A stretch of DNA of 64,000 nucleotides, taken from NCBI GenBank assembly GCA_965223345.1, contig CBDCWG010000012.1, positions 864,001 through 928,000 on the forward strand, given 5' to 3'. Made by a program: the position numbers and the translations under genes. This document shows, in pieces, positions 1 to 8,986 of the stretch; within the stretch, counting starts at the first letter, position 1, and each line of letters starts with the position of its first letter. The notes below the pieces were generated by a model. That model was not told the DNA's origin, searched no databases, and saw only the letters and a list, made by a program, of their open reading frames with translations. Source of the stretch: Nitrospinales bacterium (GTDB lineage: Bacteria; Nitrospinota; Nitrospinia; Nitrospinales; VA-1).

Positions 1-48
1 GGCGACGTTCATCTGGCAGCCGTATGTGTCCAAATACACTTGTTTCAT
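1..48 (-). CDS. miaB: tRNA methylthiotransferase MiaB, N-terminal 16 codons (truncated by window edge)
   Basis: Manual translation gives MKQVYLDTYGCQMNVA, containing the TYGCQMN motif of the MiaB N-terminal domain. Confidence 0.85.
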   Translation of the reverse strand, partial: MKQVYLDTYGCQMNVA

Positions 49-56
49 AAGGACAA

Positions 57-85
57 AATGTAAGCGAATCCGGGCCCCATTGCAA
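57..85 (-). promoter_or_regulatory. sigma-70-like promoter for miaB
   Basis: Minus strand TTGCAA-17 nt-TACATT, ending 8 nt before the ATG. Confidence 0.5.
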
Positions 86-301
86 CCGGGATTTGCCGGG
101 TTGCGGGCCCGCGCCGCGTTGTGTGTCTGGGGCTGAAATCCTTTCGGTTAAAGGGGTTGGGCGAGTTTCGGCCCGGGATCGAGGGTTGAAAACTGCGGAA
201 ACTGAATCACAGAGTCCGGGATAGCCATGTATTAAATTTGTTTAAATTTATTAAAACTATATCAAATATGGTATTATTGTTAATTAATAATAAAGACTTT
301 A

Positions 302-330
302 TTGACAAATTTTTAAACTTCGATTAATCT
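302..330 (+). promoter_or_regulatory. sigma-70 promoter for XRE gene
   Basis: TTGACA-17 nt-TAATCT in a very AT-rich block (about 228-360). Confidence 0.65.
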
Positions 331-407
331 TTAGTTATTCCTTAAAAAATAACAAAACAATTTGTCCCCAAAAGGATCGAATCCATTTTCTCAAGAGGAG
401 TGGGATT

Positions 408-668
408 GTGTCCAAGTCCAACAGTGTCAGGCAGATACGTGAGTCCAAGATGATGAGCAAGGCTGAGCTGGCACGCAAAGCAAATGTAACGGTTCAAACC
501 ATCGATCGAATCGAAAAGGGTAATGATTGCCGCTTGGATACGAAAAGAAAAATCATTCTTGCTCTTGGATATAAGCTGGCTGACCGATCGTCGATCTTCT
601 CGGAAAACTCTGAGAAAAAAGCCCGGAAAAAGAAAAAGACCGGCGCCCGGAAAAAGAAAAGCAGATGA
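408..668 (+). CDS. XRE/Cro-C1 family helix-turn-helix regulator with K/R-rich tail
   Basis: MSKAELARKANVTVQTIDRIEKG HTH; SD GAGGAG before GTG; sits upstream of pilM as in deltaproteobacterial pil loci. Confidence 0.85.
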   Translation: MSKSNSVRQIRESKMMSKAELARKANVTVQTIDRIEKGNDCRLDTKRKIILALGYKLADRSSIFSENSEKKARKKKKTGARKKKSR

Positions 669-995
669 GCGGATCGAAATGCCGCTGAAAGTCGCCTGTT
701 AAGGCGCGAACAAAAAAGATTGATTGGAGAGTGTTGCAGTGCCGTCGGCCGGACGGCTTCTTCTCAATACGTTGACAACTTTTGTGAGTTTCAGAAAAAT
801 CGGGAGATCCCTCGAAAGGGGGACGGAGAACCCGAATTGACTGAAAAAACCTCAGGAAGTTATCTTTCAGGACTGCCGGAAACAGTGTGATTTTTTGCAA
901 CCGGTGGTGAAAAAAATGTTCACTTTGCTTTGGCAACGTCGGGCAGTTTTGACGTAACTGGCTATAACTCAAAGAAATTCAGAGGGGTGGCGGTT

Positions 996-1011
996 TGGTA
1001 TAGTGTTTGCT
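996..1011 (+). promoter_or_regulatory. sigma-54 (-24/-12) promoter for pilMNOPQ
   Basis: TGGTAT-AGTGT-TTGCT, GG-N10-GC spacing, 76 nt before pilM ATG. Confidence 0.65.
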
Positions 1012-1087
1012 CTTTGGGGGTGAATCCTCTGAAAAAAGCAGCCCGATCACCCAAAAACCACGTAGCTAATACAATTTAGGAATTGCG

Positions 1088-2161
1088 ATGTTCTTATCGG
1101 AAAAAACGCCCCTGGTCGCTTTGGATATTGGTACCTCTTCCATAAAAATGGCCCAGCTTGCCGGCTCCGACAACAAATTCGAGTTGTTGAACTTCGGGGT
1201 CATGCCCCTGAAGGAAGAAGCCATCGTGGACGGTGTCGTCCGCAGGCAGGAAGAGGTTGTGGAAGCCCTGGAACGGATGATCAAAGCGGAAAAAGTCGAT
1301 ACGCGCTATGCGGTGGCGTCGATTTCCGGTGAAGCGGTGATCATCAAAAAAATCCGGGTTCCTTTGATGTCGGAGGCGGAACTGGCGGAACGTATCTATC
1401 AGGAAGCCGAGCAGTACATCCCGTTCGACATCGACGACGTCAGCATCGACTTTCAGCTTCTGGGCACCGATGAGGACGCACCTGAAGAAGAGGACGGGGA
1501 GCAGAAGATGGAGATCCTTCTGGTCGCGGTTCAGAAGGACATCATCGAGAGCCGCACGGAAATTCTCTACGACGCGGGATTGCGCCCCATCATCATCGAC
1601 CTGGACGTGTTCGCGATGGTCAATGCCTTCAGCCAGGGAAAGAATCTTGAGAACTCCGGAGAGGTGGCCATCATCGATCTGGGCGAATCGTTCTCCCACA
1701 TCAATATCCTGAAGGACGGCGTGTGTTCCTACACGCGCGACATTCCTTTCGGGGGCAGCCACGCGACCAAAAAGCTGATGTCGAAGTTCAAGATGAATTA
1801 TCAGCAGGCGACCGAACTGAAAAACGGCAAAATGCCGGAAGAAGTTGAAAGCGATGAGGTCATCGAAATCATCGTGAATTCGTTCGAAAAAATTCTCGAT
1901 GAAGTGCAAAAGTCGTTCGAGTTTTTCAGCACCACCTCCAACTCGCAGGTGGAGCAGGTTTATCTGAGTGGCGGCGGGGCTCTGATACCCGGTGCGGACG
2001 CCTTGTTCTCGCATCATCTCAACACTCCGGTGCACATTCTCAATCCGCTGGACGGAATCAAAATCAATAAAAAGAAGTTCGATCAGCAAACCATTGACGA
2101 GTTGGCTCCCATTTCCTCGGTGGCGATTGGTCTGGCAACCAGAAGGTTCGACTACAAATGA
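1088..2161 (+). CDS. pilM: Type IV pilus assembly protein PilM
   Basis: Actin-like ALDIGTSSIK, EAEQYIPF, IIDLG, YLSGGGA motifs; first gene of the MNOPQ operon. Confidence 0.95.
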   Translation: MFLSEKTPLVALDIGTSSIKMAQLAGSDNKFELLNFGVMPLKEEAIVDGVVRRQEEVVEALERMIKAEKVDTRYAVASISGEAVIIKKIRVPLMSEAELAERIYQEAEQYIPFDIDDVSIDFQLLGTDEDAPEEEDGEQKMEILLVAVQKDIIESRTEILYDAGLRPIIIDLDVFAMVNAFSQGKNLENSGEVAIIDLGESFSHINILKDGVCSYTRDIPFGGSHATKKLMSKFKMNYQQATELKNGKMPEEVESDEVIEIIVNSFEKILDEVQKSFEFFSTTSNSQVEQVYLSGGGALIPGADALFSHHLNTPVHILNPLDGIKINKKKFDQQTIDELAPISSVAIGLATRRFDYK

Positions 2162-2835
2162 TTAAAATCAATTTACACGATTATCGCGAAGAGCTGCAAC
2201 GGATCGAGATCCAGAAGCATGTGCTCAAGGCGGGATACATCATGATGCTCGCTTTGTGTCTGGTCTGTCTTCACTGGATGTGGCAGAAAAACGAGCTGAC
2301 CATGACGCAGATGGAAGTGCAGGCACTGGATCAGAAAGTTTCTGCATTGGAGGGAACCGTCCGCATGGTCAAGGGGATGCAGGCCAAGCAGAAGCGCGTG
2401 GATACGATTCTTGCGGGCATCGACAACCTGCGGACCAGTCAGATGCAGGCCACCGAGATCCTTTCCGATCTCAATCAGGAATTGCCTGAGGAAATCTGGT
2501 TGACGGGAATCAAGCAGAGCAACCGGGCGGAGCTGGCGAGAAACAAGATCCCGACCATCTTTTTTGCGGATGCGTCAAAAGACTCCAAGAAGAAAAAGAA
2601 AAAGAAATCCAAAAAGAAAAAAAAGGGAAACGAACCTCAGGAGTTCATCGTGATCACCGGGCAGGCGTTGGAGGATCAGGCGGTGGCCCGTTTCGTCGAT
2701 CGCCTGGAACTGATCCCCTATTTCAAGATGGTGTTTTTGTACAAAACCGAACAGAAGACGATCGGCAAAACCAAAATCCGGGAATTTGAAATTTACTGCT
2801 ACATGCCAGACACCAACAACAAGGCTTTGATCTGA
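2158..2835 (+). CDS. pilN: Type IV pilus assembly protein PilN, with poly-Lys insertion
   Basis: MIKINL N-terminal motif, TM helix, coiled coil, LPEEIWLTGI; ATGA overlap with pilM. Confidence 0.9.
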   Translation: MIKINLHDYREELQRIEIQKHVLKAGYIMMLALCLVCLHWMWQKNELTMTQMEVQALDQKVSALEGTVRMVKGMQAKQKRVDTILAGIDNLRTSQMQATEILSDLNQELPEEIWLTGIKQSNRAELARNKIPTIFFADASKDSKKKKKKKSKKKKKGNEPQEFIVITGQALEDQAVARFVDRLELIPYFKMVFLYKTEQKTIGKTKIREFEIYCYMPDTNNKALI

Positions 2836-2837
2836 TC

Positions 2838-3458
2838 ATGGAAAAATTATTCGAAAAGCTGCCTTACGATTTTCTGCAGGGAATCAAGCTCACCTACATC
2901 CTGATGAGCGCTGTGGGGGTGGGGATTCTGTTCATTGCCGTCTATTACTTCACGGTTTCGACGGCGAACCAGGAAGAACTGGCGCAATTGCAGGATAAGC
3001 GCGCCAAGAAAGAACAGACGCTCAAGGCCTATCAGGCGCTGGTGAAGAAAAAAGAGCCCATCGCCAAGGAACTGGCGCGGACCCTGGGAAAACTTGAGTT
3101 CATGAAACAGCAGCTGCCGCATGAAGACGACATGCCGGACCTCTTGCAGAAAGTCGCCGATTTCGGCGGTGGACGCGGGACGTTCGATGTCACCCGTTTC
3201 AAGCTCAAGGAAGGCAAGGTGCAGGATTTCTACAAAAAGATTCCGGTGGAAATTCAAATGCAGGGTTCCTTCTGGGACACGCTGGATTTTCTGGACAAAA
3301 TGCAGAACCTGCTGCAACTCGTCAACCTGACGGACTTGAAAATGAATATCGGTAAAGCGCAGGGGAGCGCCGCCTCCACAGGCGGAACGCTGATCTACAC
3401 CAACTTTGTGGCCAACACCTACTCTTATGTTCAGGGCGCAGAAGAAAAAGCCAAATGA
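2838..3458 (+). CDS. pilO: Type IV pilus assembly protein PilO
   Basis: TM plus coiled coil, QLPHEDDMPDLL, FYKKIPVEIQMQGSF; operon position. Confidence 0.9.
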   Translation: MEKLFEKLPYDFLQGIKLTYILMSAVGVGILFIAVYYFTVSTANQEELAQLQDKRAKKEQTLKAYQALVKKKEPIAKELARTLGKLEFMKQQLPHEDDMPDLLQKVADFGGGRGTFDVTRFKLKEGKVQDFYKKIPVEIQMQGSFWDTLDFLDKMQNLLQLVNLTDLKMNIGKAQGSAASTGGTLIYTNFVANTYSYVQGAEEKAK

Positions 3459-4978
3459 TGCGTGATGCGGGAGACATGTACATGAAATCCGGAAGAATTG
3501 GAAAAGCAAGTTTATCCGTGTGGATGTTGCTGGCGGTGTTGTCAACGCCGCTCATCCTGAGCACGGCCTATGCCGCCAAAGTACCCGTCAAGAAGAGCCG
3601 GCAAGAGCAGAAGAACCAGGCGATCGACGAATTGATGCGATTGAGCGGTTTTGATCTCATGTTCGAATACTACGGCTCGCAGTTTCTGCAGCAGAGCATC
3701 GCACCGAAGAGTCTTCCGGCCGAGCAGATCATCATGCTCAGAAACATTCTGGACCGGGTCAGCGAACCGGAAGATTTCTCCCGAACCGTGTCGCAGTACA
3801 TGGTGAAAAACTATCGATCGGGCTACGTCAAGCCTCTGATGAACTGGTACCGCTCGCCGCTGGGGCAGAAAGTCGTTGCCGGTGAAAAACAGGTGAACGA
3901 TTCGGCCTACAATATCGACAAAGAACAATTTGTGGAACGGTTGAAGTTTTATCCCCCGAGAGAGGAACGCCTTGCGCTGATCGAAGGACTGGAAAAGAGC
4001 ATGGGGCTCACCGATCAATCTCTGGATGTTTTCATGACCCTGGTCAAGGTGCTGATCCCTCTGAACAAGCATCTGGAGGATCGATCCACCCGCTCGGTCG
4101 TCAACGAAATCCGGCAGGAACTTTACGATTCGTTTCAGGAGCAGGTTTTGCGAAATCTGTTGTTCGCCTACCGGGACGTCACCGATAAGGAGCTCGAACA
4201 ATACCGCCGCTTTGTTTCGACCGGAGCCGGACGCTGGTTCGTTCAGTCTTCGCAGAAGGGCACCAAGTTCTTTTACGGCCGCGTGGTGGTCCGGGTGGAA
4301 GATCTGATGAACCAGATCGTCGAGGAAATGGAAACGGGAAAAGGCGAATCCGATTTGCTCAAGGAAATCGCACCTCCGGGGCAGAGATATCTTTTTGTCA
4401 CCAAACGCGACCCCTTCGTTCCGCTCGTGGACCCGAAAGAGGGTCTCATTCAGTATGGCAAGGAGGAGGAAAGCCGCACTGAAACCCGCAGCCTGGCGGA
4501 TGAATTGAAGAACCTGCCGCCCATTCCTCTGGAAGTGTTCAAGAATATCAAGCGGACCAATCCGCGGTTGTATGCGGATCTGGAAAATTACGGGGATCTG
4601 TTCGGCAGAAAGAACAAACTGTCCACGATGGAGGACGACGAGTTTTTTCAAACCGTGCAGAGGTATAAAAACCTGATTCAGACCGCCAATGAGAGCAGCT
4701 CCAGCTTGATGTCCACGCCGACGCAGACCGACTACGATGCGTTGAAACTGGTGGGCGTGATCTGGAAGAACAACGAGATTCTCGCGTTGATCGAAACGGA
4801 AGATAAAAAGGGACACACGGTGAAGGAAGGCGATCTCTTGGGGCCGAATTTCGGAGTCGTGGAGTCCATCAATAAAGACCAGATTTACGTGTTGGAACAA
4901 TCCCGAGATTACCTGGGAAATATTTTATCAAGAAAGAAGGAAATTGAATTTATTCAAGTATCCCAAGAGGAGGGATGA
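3455..4978 (+). CDS. pilP: PilP family protein with long N-terminal DUF2059-like extension (start may be 3476 or 3482)
   Basis: C-terminal KRDPFVP ... LKLVGVIW ... ALIE ... VKEGDLLGPNFGVV PilP features; between pilO and pilQ; N-terminal WYRSPLGQKV motif. Confidence 0.75.
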   Translation: MMRDAGDMYMKSGRIGKASLSVWMLLAVLSTPLILSTAYAAKVPVKKSRQEQKNQAIDELMRLSGFDLMFEYYGSQFLQQSIAPKSLPAEQIIMLRNILDRVSEPEDFSRTVSQYMVKNYRSGYVKPLMNWYRSPLGQKVVAGEKQVNDSAYNIDKEQFVERLKFYPPREERLALIEGLEKSMGLTDQSLDVFMTLVKVLIPLNKHLEDRSTRSVVNEIRQELYDSFQEQVLRNLLFAYRDVTDKELEQYRRFVSTGAGRWFVQSSQKGTKFFYGRVVVRVEDLMNQIVEEMETGKGESDLLKEIAPPGQRYLFVTKRDPFVPLVDPKEGLIQYGKEEESRTETRSLADELKNLPPIPLEVFKNIKRTNPRLYADLENYGDLFGRKNKLSTMEDDEFFQTVQRYKNLIQTANESSSSLMSTPTQTDYDALKLVGVIWKNNEILALIETEDKKGHTVKEGDLLGPNFGVVESINKDQIYVLEQSRDYLGNILSRKKEIEFIQVSQEEG

Positions 4979-4987
4979 GGAGTTATT

Positions 4988-6997
4988 GTGAATACTAATA
5001 ATTTTCGGTTCTTCGGGCTTGTCGGGGTTTTCGCCATCGGTGTTGTTTGGCACAGTGCGTTGCCTGTGGACGCGTTTGCGGCCAACAAGGCACATGCTAT
5101 GAAAACATCGAATCACACTGCTGACACTCAGGGCAACGGAGCGGTCCTTGTCGCCCAGATGATGGATTTTACTTCTCCGGATGCTTCCGGCGATGCTATG
5201 GATTCCTCCGTGGCGGGTTCCTCTATGGAATCTTCCATGCCGAATGCATCCAAAGTGATGGAAGTGGAATCGGAAATCACCCAGGTCTCCACGGAAGAAG
5301 GTGTGGGCGGTGAAGCGGTCATCACGATCGAATCCACCGAGGCCATTCAGTACACCGCGTTCAAGCTGATGAATCCGCTGCGTCTGGTGCTGGATTTCCC
5401 CAAGACCGGCAGGGGCACCCTGACCGACCGGATCGAGGTCAACAAAGGCGTGGTGGACAGCATCCGGCCGCTGCATTTTGACGAGGCGGGCGTCCTCAGG
5501 CTGGAAATCGCCCTCAACAAAGCCGCCGGCTACAATATCGAAAAACCGCTCAAAAACAAACTCGTCATCACCCTGCGGCATGTCGATCAGGGAGGCACGC
5601 TTCCCATCGGCGCCACGGGAGGCACGCAGAACGCTCAATCCATGCCGGAGACAGGCAAGGCGAAAGATGCGAGCAAGGCGTTGCTTGCCGAAGTCACGGT
5701 GGATCCGTGCGAGCCTCTTTTGGGGGGCGACAAAGACGCGATTTCCCTGGATTTTCAGGATGCCAATGTGCGCAATCTGTTCCGCATCTTTTCCGAGATC
5801 AGCGGGTTCAACCTGATCATTTCCCCGGAAGTGCAGGGGACGGTCAATATGCGGCTTCTGGACGTGCCCTGGAATGAAGCCTTTGAAATCATTCTCACTA
5901 ACAGCGGGCTCGGCAAGGAATGCCTGGGGGACAACATCATCCGCGTGGCCTCTTTGAGGACGCTGGCTTCCGAGGAAACGCAGAAGGTGGAAGACAACAA
6001 ACGCAAACGGGCCAAGGAATTGTCCGAAAAACTCGCCGCGGAGCTGGTCACAGAGGTCAAACGGGTCAATTACGCCGATATCAAAGAGGTGGCTTTGAGC
6101 CTGGAAACCCTCAAATCCGAGCGCGGCAAAATCACCGTGGACGTGAGGACCAACACTCTGGTGTTGACAGACATCCGTGATAACGTGGATGATATGATCA
6201 ATCTGGTACAGGTTCTCGATATCCAGACCCCGCAGGTCATGATCGAGGCGCGCATTGTCGAGGTCAACAAGAGCCTCACGCAGCAGCTGGGCGTGCAGTG
6301 GGGTATCACGAGTGCGTTGTCCAAGGGCGGCGGTGGTCGTGTCGTGAACTCTCTCGATTCACCGAACAACGGCAACGGCAGCCCGTTTCTGGTCGATCTG
6401 CTTCCCGGAGGCACGGCCCTTGCCGAAGGTGCTTTTTCAGGGATCAATCTCGGTATCGGTGGCCTGGCTGAAGGCACGCGTCTGGATGTGGTCTTGACGG
6501 CGCTCGAGAAAAAGGGCAACGCGCGTATCCTGTCGAGTCCCAAAGTGACCACGCTGGACAACAAAGAAGCGAGGATCAAAAGCGGCCGGTCGATTCCCTT
6601 TCAGACCAGTTCCGCCAACGAAGGAACCAAAATCGAGTTCGTGGATGCGGATCTCAGCCTGACGGTGACGCCGCATATCACGACGGACGATTATATCTAC
6701 ATGGTCATCGACGCGACGAAAAACGCGCCCAATACAGCGAACCTGATCGCGGGATTTCCCGAGATCACCACGAAGGAAGCGCACACCGAAGTGCTCGTTG
6801 AAAACGGCGACACGACGGTTCTGGGCGGAATCTATGAAAGCGAGATCAAACGGAACCAGGAAGCCACGCCGTTTCTCTCGAAAATTCCGTTCCTGGGTGC
6901 GTTGTTCAGAAACATCGACGATGCGGACGAGATTGATGAGCTGTTGATCTTCATCACTCCGACTGTGGTATCGAATGACCAATCCAAGAACTTATGA
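4988..6997 (+). CDS. pilQ: Type IV pilus secretin PilQ (AMIN + STN/N domains + secretin)
   Basis: NPLRLVLDF (AMIN), ISLDFQDA, QVMIEARIVEV, ILSSPKVTTLDN, PFLSKIPFLGALF. Confidence 0.95.
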   Translation: MNTNNFRFFGLVGVFAIGVVWHSALPVDAFAANKAHAMKTSNHTADTQGNGAVLVAQMMDFTSPDASGDAMDSSVAGSSMESSMPNASKVMEVESEITQVSTEEGVGGEAVITIESTEAIQYTAFKLMNPLRLVLDFPKTGRGTLTDRIEVNKGVVDSIRPLHFDEAGVLRLEIALNKAAGYNIEKPLKNKLVITLRHVDQGGTLPIGATGGTQNAQSMPETGKAKDASKALLAEVTVDPCEPLLGGDKDAISLDFQDANVRNLFRIFSEISGFNLIISPEVQGTVNMRLLDVPWNEAFEIILTNSGLGKECLGDNIIRVASLRTLASEETQKVEDNKRKRAKELSEKLAAELVTEVKRVNYADIKEVALSLETLKSERGKITVDVRTNTLVLTDIRDNVDDMINLVQVLDIQTPQVMIEARIVEVNKSLTQQLGVQWGITSALSKGGGGRVVNSLDSPNNGNGSPFLVDLLPGGTALAEGAFSGINLGIGGLAEGTRLDVVLTALEKKGNARILSSPKVTTLDNKEARIKSGRSIPFQTSSANEGTKIEFVDADLSLTVTPHITTDDYIYMVIDATKNAPNTANLIAGFPEITTKEAHTEVLVENGDTTVLGGIYESEIKRNQEATPFLSKIPFLGALFRNIDDADEIDELLIFITPTVVSNDQSKNL

Positions 6998-8070
6998 AGC
7001 GGTTGACAATCGATCTGGCCGACAGAAGTTATGACATTCTGATCGGCCGGAACCTTCTGGGGCGGGTCGGCGGACTCGTCTCGGAAATCCTCTCTCCCAG
7101 CCGGGTGGTTGTTCTCACCCATCCCTCCATTCAGCGTCTCTACGGAGACACCCTGGCAGAAAGCTTTCAGGCCTCGGGCCATCCTTTGCACACTCTGGAA
7201 ATTCCGGAAGGCGAGGCTTCCAAATCCCTGGGGCAGGCGGAGCGGGTTTTCGACAAACTCATGGAATGGCAGTGCGACCGCAGCACGCTGCTTGTGGCCC
7301 TGGGAGGCGGCGTGATCGGCGATCTCACCGGGTTCATCGCGGCGACCTACATGCGGGGCGTCCCTTTCATTCAGATCCCCACAAGCCTGCTGGCGCAGGT
7401 GGACAGCAGCGTCGGCGGCAAAACCGCGGTCAATCATCCGCGCGGAAAAAACATGATCGGCGCGTTTTACCAGCCGAAGCAGGTGGTGATCGACCTGGAT
7501 ACTCTGCAATCGCTGCCGGAAAAGGAATTCAAGGCCGGCCTGGCGGAGATCATCAAGCACGGGGTGATCGAGGATGCGGATCTGTTCGCGTACCTGGAGT
7601 CTCATGCCGACGCCATTGCCGCCCAGCAGACCGATTGCCTGGAGCACATCATCGCGACTTCCTGCGAGATCAAAGCGCGGGTCGTAGAAAAGGACGAGCG
7701 GGAAAGCCGGTACCGCATGGTCCTGAATTTCGGTCACACCATCGGACACGCGGTGGAAGCCCTGACGGGTTATTCCGATCTGATTCATGGGGAAGCGGTG
7801 GCGATCGGTATGGTGCAGGCCGCCAAACTTTCGCAGCACACCGGGCACTGTTCCGAAGCGGTGGTCGATCGGATCTCCCGACTGATCGATCGGTTCGGGT
7901 TGCCCACGCAACTGCCGCCCCTGAATCCGGAAGACATCGTCCAGGCCTTGTACCTGGACAAGAAAACCACCCACAGCAATCTCCGGTTCATTCTGGTCAA
8001 CGACATCGGCTCTATAGAAATCGTTGATAATGTGGATGAAGCCAGCGTCCGGGCGGTGTTGAACCTTTGA
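6994..8070 (+). CDS. aroB: 3-dehydroquinate synthase
   Basis: ALGGGVIGD, AQVDSSVGGKTAVN, LNFGHTIGHAVE, HGEAVAIGM. Confidence 0.97.
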   Translation: MKRLTIDLADRSYDILIGRNLLGRVGGLVSEILSPSRVVVLTHPSIQRLYGDTLAESFQASGHPLHTLEIPEGEASKSLGQAERVFDKLMEWQCDRSTLLVALGGGVIGDLTGFIAATYMRGVPFIQIPTSLLAQVDSSVGGKTAVNHPRGKNMIGAFYQPKQVVIDLDTLQSLPEKEFKAGLAEIIKHGVIEDADLFAYLESHADAIAAQQTDCLEHIIATSCEIKARVVEKDERESRYRMVLNFGHTIGHAVEALTGYSDLIHGEAVAIGMVQAAKLSQHTGHCSEAVVDRISRLIDRFGLPTQLPPLNPEDIVQALYLDKKTTHSNLRFILVNDIGSIEIVDNVDEASVRAVLNL

Positions 8071-8251
8071 TTCAAGAGGTGGTTCGGGCCGATTTTGAAA
8101 AAAAACGTCACCCGGATTGTATAAAAAAGTAGCCAGTTGGGCCGCCCTCTCATCCCTCCTTCCATCCAAATCGATTGCCGGTTTCCGTTTCCCCCATAGA
8201 TTAACAGTAAATTCAACGGGTTTATTTTTTCCTGGGGCGGATCGGTGGTTT

Positions 8252-8267
8252 TGGTCTGCTTTTTGCT
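8252..8267 (+). promoter_or_regulatory. sigma-54 (-24/-12) promoter for the minor pilin operon
   Basis: TGGTCT-GCTTT-TTGCT, GG-N10-GC, preceded by an AT-rich tract. Confidence 0.5.
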
Positions 8268-8382
8268 TTTATACCCGTGGACGGAAGTTTCTCCCCCCAG
8301 ATACCCTAACTTGCAGAATTTTAAGGTATTGGAGGCACGGCTCGCTGAGAGCCAAAAATGCTGGATTTTCAAGGAAAACGAC

Positions 8383-8958
8383 ATGAAAGATCGGGTCCAT
8401 AACAATAAGGGATACACCCTCGTGGAACTGCTTGTCATCCTGGTGGTTCTTGCCATTCTGGCGGCGTTTGCCATTCCCAATTATTCCCAATGGGCGGAAC
8501 GGTATGAAATCAATGGGGAAGCCAGGAAACTCTACCTGGACCTGCAATTGGCCCGCATCACGGCCCTGAGAAATAACAACAACGTGGTCATCACGTTCGA
8601 CACCGGCACCAACAGTTACCTGATTCACAACGACACCGACAGCGACGGAGTCCAGGACGGCGGCGAAAACCTGAAAAACGTGTCCCTGGAACACAACGTG
8701 CAATTCGGGTTCTACGGAACATCGGTCACCGATATGGATGGAAACCTGGTCAACAGCCCCTTGACCCTGGTGGCCGGCGGCAGTGTCATCACATTCAACG
8801 CCCGGGGAGAAGCGAGCACCAGCGGGTCGATGTATCTGATTCACGGGAGTGACGTCGGTGTGGGCAATCACCGTTTGAAAGGAATCAGTGTGGTCGATGC
8901 GACCGGAGCTGTGGAACTTTGGGAATACGATTCCAGCTTGAATCCGCCCTGGAGTTGA
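8383..8958 (+). CDS. FimT/FimU (GspH-like) minor pilin
   Basis: KG|YTLVELL prepilin site, DLQLARITA, ITFNARG; SD AAGGA before ATG 8383. Confidence 0.9.
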   Translation: MKDRVHNNKGYTLVELLVILVVLAILAAFAIPNYSQWAERYEINGEARKLYLDLQLARITALRNNNNVVITFDTGTNSYLIHNDTDSDGVQDGGENLKNVSLEHNVQFGFYGTSVTDMDGNLVNSPLTLVAGGSVITFNARGEASTSGSMYLIHGSDVGVGNHRLKGISVVDATGAVELWEYDSSLNPPWS

Positions 8959-8986
8959 TCGAGACCGATAAACGAGGAAAGACGCT

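Noticed and set aside
553..972. 139-aa minus-strand ORF in the XRE-pilM spacer
   Set aside because: Overlaps the XRE gene and the regulatory region; no motifs or SD
5158..5262. Short M/S-rich repeats in the PilQ N-terminus
   Set aside because: Likely a low-complexity linker; two degenerate copies only
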